Of a stretch of DNA of 64,000 nt, positions 15,101 to 27,100 are shown one piece after another. The DNA is from Rhynchobatus australiae. Taxonomy: Eukaryota. Made by a program: the position numbers and the translations under genes. The stretch spans positions 76,786,993 through 76,850,992 of the forward strand of contig JAUZTB010000098.1 of assembly GCA_034780895.1 (NCBI GenBank). Reading direction: 5' to 3'. Under the pieces are notes generated by a model. The model searched no databases, was not told the origin of the DNA, and was given only the letters and a program-made list of their open reading frames with translations. Each line of letters begins with the position of its first letter. Within the stretch, counting starts at the first letter, position 1.

Positions 15101-18100
15101 NNNNNNNNNNNNNNNNNNNNNNNNNNNNNNNNNNNNNNNNNNNNNNNNNNNNNNNNNNNNNNNNNNNNNNNNNNNNNNNNNNNNNNNNNNNNNNNNNNNN
15201 NNNNNNNNNNNNNNNNNNNNNNNNNNNNNNNNNNNNNNNNNNNNNNNNNNNNNNNNNNNNNNNNNNNNNNNNNNNNNNNNNNNNNNTGTCTTCCTTGGCA
15301 GTATATTTAACCTGACTATGCTCACTTCAAGCACTTCATAGTATTACACAAGTGTTACCTTTGCAGTGATGGGAACTCCACCTACAGCAATATTGGAGCT
15401 TCTGTTCTGCCCTAAGTGACAGTGAATGAACATTGTACACATGCTTCAAAACACTTTCAAATTGCAAACTTTGAATTGCAAAGTTCACACGCAAACAAAA
15501 GCTCCATTAAAGAGACTTAATTTGTAACAATCCTCTTCAGCATGTGGTGCTCATTTCTTTTGGAACAACACTCTCCTCAAAATGAGATCCATACCTTCTC
15601 TTTCAACAGACATCAAGGTTGACAAATATACTCCTTAATCGCATCATGATTGAAATAGGATGTGAAATAAAGTCAGATGCCCAAAGGAAATCAATTTACC
15701 AGAGTCAATCCATTACATTAACTTTCAATACCTTCAATGTGATAAATAAAGTTACTAGTACTATGCTGACTTCTAATACCTTGGAATTAGAACAGGCCAG
15801 CATGCATTAATTATTCTTAAAATAAGTCATATTTTGAGCCAAGTATTTTAAAAGCAAACACGAAATCAGCAAGAACAATAGAATTTTATTAATACCCGGA
15901 AACACTGGTGAAATGAATTCTACCACAAAAGAAACAGGTTTTGTTATAGAAATGCCGCATCAGAGACCTTACTTGCAAAATTACATCCAATACAGAAAAA
16001 AGTTCACAATAGAAAGACGCAATTTTACTATATAGTTTGCCATAAACTAATCTAAGATTTCCCCTAAGAGATCCACCTGCAGTGAAAGGTCTCTCTTATG
16101 TCAACAACAAATAAGCTTTAAAAAAATAAATTAACCAGTGCACAAACATTTAAAATTCAAACTATGAAGACTTACTGCTAAGGGGCTTGACATCTTTTCT
16201 AAAGACTGGAGAATGCGCCTGGCAGTGGCACTTGTCACTCCATAAGATGTTGAACTTGCTGGCTTTGCTTTCATCTGCCTCCTTATTGGAACCTAGTGGT
16301 CAATAAGACTAGAATTTATTTCAATAATGCATCAGGGTACTATTCTTTATGTGGAGAAAAATGAGCAGAGTCAAAGAACTGATGTGAATGACTCTCATTC
16401 TAACATTCAACATGTGAAGTCAATGGAAATCAAATGCATTAAGTATCCATGTCTCTTAGTGCCTACCATAATCACAAAATGCTTGGTTTGTTCTATTGCG
16501 ATAGTTAGGAGTAAAAACAAACAGAACCAAAGTAGGCCATGCATCTGATTAAGCTTGTTTCACCATCCTATACGTCAAATCCAATTTTCCACCTAATCTG
16601 CAAGGATTAGGCAGAAAATTAGATTTGAGGTACCAAATCCAAACCCCAATGCCTTCACCACTGTTCAAAAAGATCAAGGCCTAACTTTTACCTTAGCTTC
16701 AGTTTCCTGCAATAACACTAAATATCCTGTCTAAAATGATCCTGGTTTTGAATATATGAGAAAATGAGAGTTCCCAGCCTGAAGAAAATGTCCACGAGGT
16801 CTTCAGAGTTTTATATCATGCACAACACTTTATTAACAAAACTTTGTTTTACATGAGAATTTGTGTACTTATCCCTCCAGCTGCCAAATGACTGCTGAAA
16901 ATGCCTCAGTATCAAACTGCTCTGTACAAGCTGTGCTGAAAACAAAACAAAGATCTCAGCCNNNNNNNNNNTCATTGGAGTCAAGAAATTGAATCCTGTC
17001 AAACTGCTGCATTACAGATCAACTTGGCACAAGGTATGTGGCATATCACTACTCAATGCCATACAACTTGGGAGAAAATGGAAAAGCTGTGCAGTAATTT
17101 ACTCAGCATGGTTAGAAAATAATAACTGATTTCTCTGATTTACTCAACAAGGAAAGCAGATTTAAAACAAGTTTAGGCAAACAATAAAATTCTTATGGAT
17201 TCATGCTTATGTTTTTAATGTCCATACCTACATTTAGAACATTGCAAGTCATACTACCCCAGTCACTCTGCCTAAAAGTCAATAAAAGAACTGAACTCTA
17301 TGCACCAACTATTTGGGCTTCCTGGATACAGAATTTCATTTGTTAATTCTTATGCTGCTGCAAAAGGCCAAATTGAGAATTCATGCTTAAAAAGTTGATG
17401 TTATTTGTTACGAAAACAACAAAAGCACATGGCTCAACCAAGATACAGGAGGACCAGTGCATCCCTAATTTGGCTCCATATCAGTGGCATTCCAAAATAA
17501 ATTCAAGGAACTAAGGGTTTACAGTTCTTGCATTGATTACATCTACATGAACCCGTGGCTTAATACAAAGTATCATAAAGCATAATAATGAAATCTTTCA
17601 GATTATACTTTTGTTGGGCTCCCAAAACTTAAAGAACTCTTGCTGATGTGAAGCATACATTAAAAGAGTACAAAATTAATTGAGCAGAACAAAGACATCC
17701 AATTATCTTTACCTGATAAGGTGTGCCTCGCATTTGAGAAGTTCTTCCTGCTGCTGCAGCCCCACCATATGTAGTCTTGCCAGGGTAGAAAGGGGAATCC
17801 CCAAGTTGGCTTGAATTTAGCAATGATGTACTAATAAAAGACTGCAAAAGGCATGAGCATTTTGAATTTCAGTTTTACAGTTTCACTTATAGTGTGTGTA
17901 TATATATATATATATATAAAATGATTAGACAAAGTAAATTCTATCTCATATCACTACACTTACAGGAGATGAACTGCCAAAGGCCGTGAGATTAAAAGAT
18001 GGCTTTTTCAAGCTTGTGGCAGGTTGTTGAGGAACTGATTGAAAGCGATCCCCCTCTGGAGACCACAAAGGTGGCAAAGAAGCATTCCTTGAAGTTATTG

Positions 18101-21100
18101 CATCTGCGTTATTAAAGCAACAAAAAGCTTAATCTATAAATATAACTTTGATAAAGTTGAGCACAGTTTGAAAAAAAGCTATAATTTTTAAAAAAATCAT
18201 TCTTGACTCTACAAATGCATAACACTTCAGATCAAAAAGATATTATTTCTCAATAACACCAATTTAGCTTAGCAAATGTGTGGCAATGAACTATTCAGAT
18301 GAGGAAAGTCCTAGAGTCAATTCTAGCCTGTTCTAGTACAGAAGGGGTAATGTTACAATTGATACTATCTCCACTCAAAAGGAAAATGAAACTATAGAAG
18401 CATCATAAATGAACAGGTTAACCTGAAACAAGCAGATTGTGAATAGGATTGGGTTTTTGGGAGGTGGTGTGGAAGAGGAATCTAGCCATGATCTCAAAGC
18501 CAAAATCCAATGCTCAACCAGCCAAGCCTGGGCATTAAGTCAAATTGACTCAACTACAAGTGTTTCTGGTGAACAGCATTGCAGACATGTTGCTGAACAA
18601 GGACCTGAGTACTTAGTCAATTCAGATATTATACAGACTTAACATGATCCTTAACCTATTTGAAGTTTCAGAGTTCTGTAGTTTGTTATCAAAAGAAAAA
18701 CATAATTAAACATTCTTAAAAACATTAGTTAATGTTTTTGTGCACAAGCCAATAGGAATATAGGGACATTACTAGTTTTTGTGAAGGTTTACAGAATCCA
18801 ATCTTTGCAATTCTGCCAGATCTGGCAGCAACATACAACTGATATCACTGGGGTAAAGAAAACATAAAGCAAGTGCATCTGTTTTACAGAGTGTGAAAAT
18901 GAAATACACGATTTTATCATAGAATTGATCTTTCACAAAGATCGCCTTCCGATGCAAAGTCATTGTCCCTAATCTCCAACCTTAACCAAAAGATGCTGTG
19001 TGAACTGCTGAATATTTTGGTAATTGATTTATCACACATACTAAGGTACAGTGAAAAAACTTTGTTTTGCATGCCATTTATACAGATCATTTCATCACAT
19101 CAGTACATCAAAGTAGTACAACGGAAAAGCAATAACAGAATGCAGAATATGGGGTTACACTACAGAATATCTGCAGAATTTTCTAGAGTTCTTTGGTTTA
19201 ACTTGAGTACAGTTTTATCAAAACCGAAATGCTTCCAACTGTATAACATTTTTTTTTCAGTAGCAATATTTTTGAAGAATCCTTTACCTTTATCAGAGGC
19301 TCTGGAAGAGAAGCCACTTGTTGTGGAGATGTTATCATCTTCATGCAAAGAACCAGAATCTTTGATTTCCTTAACCAGTGAAAATCCTGAATTGCCAATA
19401 GGAAATGAAGAGGACGTGGATGGTTGACAATCATGTGCTGGTGTGTCTACTGCAGCACAATTAAAGTGTGTTCGATTAAGAGCTGGTCGCAGTAGTAGCA
19501 TGTCTGAGAAATTTAAAGCAGTTTTGCTTGGTGTGCTTACTGTAAAGAATAAGAAATGAAATACAGGTAATTTATTCAGGAAGTTAACACATAAATCACA
19601 CACACAATTGCAATGTAATCTTGCTCATTCTTTCCCCCCCCCCCCCCTTTCATATCATGAATTATTATAGATCCAAGAGAACCAGAGATCAAAGTTCACA
19701 CGAGCGGAAGATAAACGTTTCAAGATATGATATTCTTTGTGGAATAGCAGTTTTGGCCAAAGAGGGAAGAAGTGTTCTCGAAAGTATGGACACAGAAAAT
19801 CATGATAATATGAAGACAATGAAAAAAATTACAAAACTGCAAAAGAAATATACACCATGGGAGGTTACTTAAGTTTCAAGCTATGATAAATAAGGGTGAG
19901 GAAGAAACCAACTGAACATATTAAACTATAAATATAAAATCTAGAAAAATCCAATTACTAAATGTTTCGGAAGGGAGTTAAATGGAAACGTGGTGAGAAT
20001 CTGAAAATAACAATAAAGTGTGGTAAAATGTACCACTAAATTGATCAAGAGAAAAGCTTAACTATGAACACAAGAAAATAAGAGCATGAGCCAGCCACTT
20101 GACTCCTCAAGCCTGCCTTACCATTCATTATCATGACTGATCTATGCTGGCCTCAACTCTTCTTTCCCAGTTCCTCTTAAAGGAAACTGAATTAACAGAA
20201 AATGGATAGATATTTTTTATTGGGTACCTGAATGAGCTCATTACTTCAATGTTCACAAGACAGGGGATAGTGAGGAAATATTAAATTCCAAGCTGACTAA
20301 GAATGAGATGAATTAGATTATATGTAAAAAAAATAATTTGAGGAAGAATAAATCATGGGTGATGAACTTGGAGTCATAGAATGGTAGAGCACAGAAATAG
20401 GACCCTCGGCCCACCATGTCCATGCCTACACTAATCTCATTTGCCAGCATTTGGACCATATCCTTCCATGCCTTGCCTATTTAAGTGTTTGTAAAGTAAT
20501 CAATATTATGGATGGATGGATGGATGAATGAATGAATGAATTTTAGTTGAAGTGATCTAACTGGTTAGACAGTAAGAAATGGAGTTAAGAATGGCTTCTT
20601 AGTGATGTTGGAATTAGATAGCAGCATTCTACAGCTTCCATTTTAAAACTTTCTGTTCACAATGCACATCGATGATTTAAATGTAAATCTTCGGAAGTGG
20701 TGTTCAGACAACTGGAATTAATTTATTTTGAAAAATGAAAGAAGCTGTAAGGCACTAGAAACAAGACAGTAAAATGCTAAAAATAAAAGACGGATAATAT
20801 TTTACATGATTAAAGTGGGATTGATTGAGATGTGATTGCAGCAGCAGTGAATTCCGGATCAGAAAAGGCAATGGGTTAGATCTCACTGGATCTGGCCACA
20901 AAACATGATCACCCTGTAGCTCCCAATGAATTTTGCCACTGTGCACATTCTGCAAGGTGGAGAGGGCTGCGAGCAGCAACTGGGCCATAGACAGTGCAAA
21001 GCAAGTCCCTGCCTAACAGCTCCTGATGCCAAAGGCCCTTACACTACTTCCCCATGTCTCTCAGGGAAAAAAAAGTGAAAAGCAAGATATTCAGAACATT

Positions 21101-24100
21101 ACTAATGCACATAAGTTAATTAAAAACATTACATTAAGGTTAAAAATAACTTTTTCAATTCACACTTTTTAACAAATATCAGTTGCCTCATTTGAAAGAG
21201 TGAGGTTGTGATAGACATGCTAGCCAGGGGCTAGGTACAAAGTGTATCTGGCCCTCACACAGGCCATTAAAAAGATGCCTGTACTCAACAGCTAGTCCAG
21301 CAACATTGCAAGAGGACAGATGCTCTAGCATCTGAATATCTGTTGTGTTCTGTACCTCTGCACTATAATGTGCTAGCACAGAGTCTAAATCAAATTGATT
21401 TGTGGACTATAGCTACCTGGCATTACTCTATAGACGCAACAGCCAGTTGTTCTATCAAACTGGCACAAGAATTTGAAAGGATATGGGAAATGAGGGTAAA
21501 GCTGAATGAAATGGATTGTGTTCATACTAAACAGAATCATTAAAAACAGAATCTCAAGACAATGAAAGACTAATGCATTATTGCTTTTTTTTGTAAAAGA
21601 TGTAAGGATATGTTAAAATACGAGGTTGACCTTTTCAGACAGAGATGAGGTATTTTTAACCCCCCCCCCACACACACAGACGGTTATGTGGCTTTGGGAT
21701 TCTCTTTCTCAAAGGGCAGTGAAAGCAGGCTTCTAAATACTTTGTTTTGCATAGATAAAGCTAAATTCTTGATGAGCAAGGAGCGATAAGTTGCTATGGG
21801 TAGATGGGAATGCAGAGTTGAGGTTACAATCTCATTAACCAAGATCTTATTAAATGACAGAGCACACAAGTAGCATACTTCTGCTTCTCATTCATATGCT
21901 CAGTGCTTACAATACAAAGACCACCTTGAAAAGGTGGAGCTGTCATTTGTGGAGGGGGAGACAGGGTACTTTGATACAAGACTTATAAACAAAGCAGATA
22001 TGACTCTGAATACATAGAAATAAGCTGTTTTCACTAACTAAATAATTCAGTGTATAGGGATTTACAAATACAAGATAAATGTTCAATTATGAGCCAGAGA
22101 ACAGAAGTGTTATTGGATACAACATTAACAAGTTGTAGAAAGCACAACCAGATGGTGGTCAACAATTAAGAATAAATTTGAGCCACTCAAATAAAAGTTG
22201 CATGGCCACGTAACTTGTAATGTGGAAAAATCCTTTTCTGACAAGCACCAGAATAAGCATATAATTGCAGTTAACCAAAAACTATGATCAAAAAGGATCC
22301 AACACAAACACAGTATGCAAGCTATAAACCCTGAAGAGCATTCTTTGCTGATAATCAGATTCAATTTACATGATCACAAGAGGCCCAAACTTGCATATAG
22401 TAAAATGAGTCACTTCTGTAGGAGACTTTTAAAAACATATAAACTTTTAAAAATGACTACTTTCTCCCCCTAAAGAATTTTTTCTGTTGAAAATTATATT
22501 GCTAATATGCATTTTCTACATATATTGATCTCCCCACAAAACTATCCAAGCATTTAATTATATACGCACCTGATGTATTATTGGTTGCAGATGTTGAATT
22601 ATGTCTTCTATTATCAAATGGTGGGGTCTCATTTACAAGGGCTGCATCACTTTCATGATTGTCTATCGATCTTTTTGCTTCAGCTGGTTCTACCTTGGAA
22701 GCTTGCCCAAAATATCTCTGCAGCCATCCAGGTACTATATTCTTCACAGTGTCTGTAACTCTGCCAATGAGTCCCTGTGGATAAATTTGTTTTAAAATTA
22801 AGAAAATATCTATTACATTTCAAAAATAAATTACAATGAATCAAAAAGAACCTGTTTCCCTTCTTAAGTGGTTTTCATAAATATCAAACCAGACAAGAGC
22901 TGAAAGACTAAACAATTAATAATGATGTGACATGGAGCACAGAAGCAATGTTAGCTGAACAAATATCAAAACAAAATGAGGTGAAACTTACAAGCTGCCA
23001 AATAAAATTGCTATCCTTCCATGTTAAGATATTTAATAAATTACAATTTGTCAGAATTTAACATTCTCAACTCAAAACTGAAGTCTCAGATGTAAATGCC
23101 ACTGAAATTATACCAAATATTACAAGGAAGAATAATGTTATAAAACAGGAGATCATAAAATTATGTGCCTATGGAAGCCATTCAGCTCTCTGTGCTGCGC
23201 CAAAGCCTTGGCTGAATCAATTGGTCCAATCTTCTTTTCTTATTCTCTTTAGGAAAGTACCCCCTTGTCTTTTCGCTCAAGCTGTTAAATCTGTATCCAC
23301 TAAATGTTCCAGACACTGCATTCCAAATTTGCATAAAGAAACCTTTTTCTGATTGGCTCACCAATTACCTTAAATCTATGTACTCCATAAATGATCATAA
23401 TACCACCAGAAAAAAGCTTCCCTTGATTACATGATCAGAGTTTTCATGATTTACAATAAATTTCCCCTTAAACCTCTGCTCAAAGGAGAAAAATTCAGCT
23501 TCTATAGCCTCTCCAAGTACTCTCTACACTACAACACGGGAGTACCACAGAGGACTGCAGTGCTCAAGGTGGTAACTCACCACCACCTGCTCATTAGGAA
23601 CAGACAATACATTATGGCCACGTCAGTGATTTCCAGATTTCACCCCACACCCCCCCCCCACTCACGAAATAAAGATTTCCATCAAATCTCTTCTACATTT
23701 TGTTAAAGCATTACAAGTCTGTCTAATGGTGACACCCAGAATAAGACATAAACCCCGNNNNNNNNNNNNNNNNNNNNNNNNNNNNNNNNNNNNNNNNNNN
23801 NNNNNNNNNNNNNNNNNNNNNNNNNNNNNNNNNNNNNNNNNNNNNNNNNNNNNNNNNNNNNNNNNNNNNNNNNNNNNNNNNNNNNNNNNNNNNNNNNNNN
23901 NNNNNNNNNNNNNNNNNNNNNNNNNNNNNNNNNNNNNNNNNNNNNNNNNNNNNNNNNNNNNNNNNNNNNNNNNNNNNNNNNNNNNNNNNNNNNNNNNNNN
24001 NNNNNNNNNNNNNNNNNNNNNNNNNNNNNNNNNNNNNNNNNNNNNNNNNNNTAATCAATGATAAGTTCACAAGACAAAGTATCAGACTTTTTAAAATGAT

Positions 24101-27100
24101 GAACATGTATGACAAGTGTCCAGCACACCTTCATAACTAATGCTTTGGATTAGAATGTCAAGACATTGATTTGTACATATAACTTCACAAAGTGCTCATT
24201 TATAAAGCAGGAGAAATACTTGGTGATCCTTCAAATGAAGAACATGTAATGTTAAAGACAAAAGTGAAGAAGCAAGTTTTATAAGCTGGTGAACTATGCT
24301 GGAGATGCTGTCCCCAATTAACAAAATGTTGGTTCACACAAAGTTCCTTTGATAGATATGCAACAATTTGAAACATCAGGACAAAAAATAAGTTTCAGTG
24401 CTTCTAGCCTTACTCATAACAGACAATATTCAGAATAATTCAGTAAAAGGACTGGATTACAATGATAGCAAAAAAAATGCTCTTCAACAACCATTCCTTT
24501 TAAAAGGATGATCAAGTTAGATGAAAGAGGTAAAATACATAAAAGATACTACTGCTTAGTTCCTTTAAAAATCACCCATAATACCCAATTATAGAAATAA
24601 CCTTAAAAGGTTTCATCATTACATGTTCCTTGGCTCCAAAGATTAAAATGATAGAAAACTGAAATACATTTGAGAATCTCATTAAAAACAAAATCAGTCA
24701 AAATTTCTTGAAAATGACATGCCCATTTGTAATTTTCTATTTGTGAAGTTGTATGGTGGAGCAGAGTCAAACTTAAATGTCTTTCTTGCACTCTCACAGT
24801 TGGAACCCCTAGAATGTTTTCTTTTACATATTGCTTTTTTCAAAACGTCACTAATCTAAAAAAAACATTTGGTTGCTTGTTTTTCTTCCCTTCTGCAATA
24901 TGTCCTGGGACAATTTTTAAGTCAGTAAATGGACATGTGTGATAGTGCAAGTTGAAAGAGCAACATCAATTTCTATCAGTGATCGATAGTGTAAGTTGAA
25001 AGAGCAACATCAATTTCTATCAGTGATCTTATCAATAATTGATGTTTCCAAAACAACCATCACAATAATATTAAAAGGTACACTCAAACAGTTCTACTCT
25101 TGGATACATTTGATAGGCTGATCTAGTTAGAATTAACTGCTCCACACCATCTTTGTAATGAATAAAACATACTAAAGTCATCAGATTTGACTGATGTCTG
25201 AATGGTAAGCTGATAGATTCACTGCTCCAAAGTCCCAACAATAACTTCAGTAATATAGTTGCAAATTTTCACTTATTTCTCTCAAACTCCAAATAAGTTG
25301 TCTTGCATACATTTCCTTGCTCCTGCATCCTTGGACTCGTCCTCTTATTCATCATTTCCTCAAACTTAAACAACTTCTACTTTCCTGTTTTGAAGTATCT
25401 GGATATAAAAATCTGCCCTTGATGGGCCACATTCAACTTTGGTAGAATCCTGAGAAAATTACATTTTTCCACCTTGACAGGAAGAAACTGAGATAAACTT
25501 ATGTCAATAAACTGTAAATAATGTAGAAACTTCTGAATAATAAACTAAATTGTGACAAGAAATTAACATGTGGAATAGACGTACTGCAAGAGTCCTATGT
25601 TGTAGCCCAAAAAGACTAAAAGTTATGAAGTGATACTTCAAGATGAACCTTATCCTTCTATCTTGAAGTGCAACCCTCAGTTTCCCACCAGAGCAATGCA
25701 GAAAAAAAAATCAACAAATTACACAGAGAATTTTCAACACAAAAAAATTCTTTCTAGGATACTTCAAAGAGACAGAAGGCACAAATGAACCCAAGTCAAA
25801 GAAGATATTAGAAGAACAAGCCAAAAGCTTGACCTGAGAGAATGACTTTCAAGCACTAGTTATTGGAGATTTTGAGAAAAGGACTTGCAAAGGATAGAAG
25901 CTGAATAACTGAGGACACAGCTGACAACAGTATGACACAGAGATTATCCTAACCACATGATGACTGTTCGGGGAAATGTTATTACTTAAAAAAAAAAGGG
26001 AAACATTCACAGTGATGAGGAAAACAGCTTAAAAAGGAACATATGGATGATGGTCAGGAACTAATTTAGGTCAGGGAAACAGGATGGGAAAAATAGGTAG
26101 CAGGATGGATAATACAGACAGGTCTGGTTGAATATTGGTGATGGAGAAGATAGGGAAAAAGAAATTCAGCTCATAGTAATAGAGAATGCCGAAATAGCAA
26201 TCAGCCCTGCTTAGCCAGCAAGTGCAAATGGAATTAACATCTCAAGTTAAAGTTTGAACTGAAGGCCCAAAGCAATTATTTCAATCTGATTAACTAATAT
26301 TTAGTTGGAAGACACAATAAGCAATCTGGAAATAGTGGGTACAAATGGCTGGGTTGGTTTTAGTTGGCAAACAAGTAGAAGATGACTTGTGCCTAATGTC
26401 ACTGAAGTGCAGCATATATATAGATAAAGCAGGTCACCATGTATACTCAGTAGATTATTTGATTATGTTGTTTCAGAATGAAAAGACAAAGTTAGAGATA
26501 TGCTGTTGACAAACATATAAGAATGGAACCTGGGCTTGTGTATTTCTGATTTCCCTCACCTGTCCGGGAGCAAATCAATCTTCCATTATCATGCCTGGCC
26601 TGCTGAGTTCCTCCAGCATCGTCATTTCTTTTCTTCATTTACCTAAACCCTAAGCTTGGGAATTCCTTTCACAAACCGCTCAGTGTTCTTCCCCTGAAAC
26701 CCTTTGGTACAACATTCTTGAGGTAGTGTCAAGTTTCATCTATTGAAGCTCCTGCAAGGCACCCCAGAGTTGTTTACTATCTAATGAACACTGTACATAA
26801 GAAACGGAAGCAGTAATGGGTCATTTACCCTTCAAATCTACTCCACCAATCAACAAGATCATGGCCTATCTTACTGAACATTTTCCTGCACTATTCCCAG
26901 ATCCTTCCATTTCTTTAACAAACAGAAGTCTACGATTGAGCCTCCACCACTCCCTCAGGTAGCAAATTCCAAAGAAATGTTTCATCTCAGTCCAAATTGT
27001 CCTAGCCTTTAATCTAAAGCCATGACCTCTGGTTCTAGACTCCTCAGCCAAGGACATATCCTCTACGTTGTTGAGTTCTCAGATGTTTGTATGTGTCAAT

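Noticed and set aside
14978-24134. Long ORFs made of X residues (14978-15334, 23703-24134)
   Set aside because: Artefacts of translating N gaps
24941-25028. Direct repeat that could be mistaken for a CRISPR array
   Set aside because: Only two adjacent units with no spacers, in a vertebrate intron
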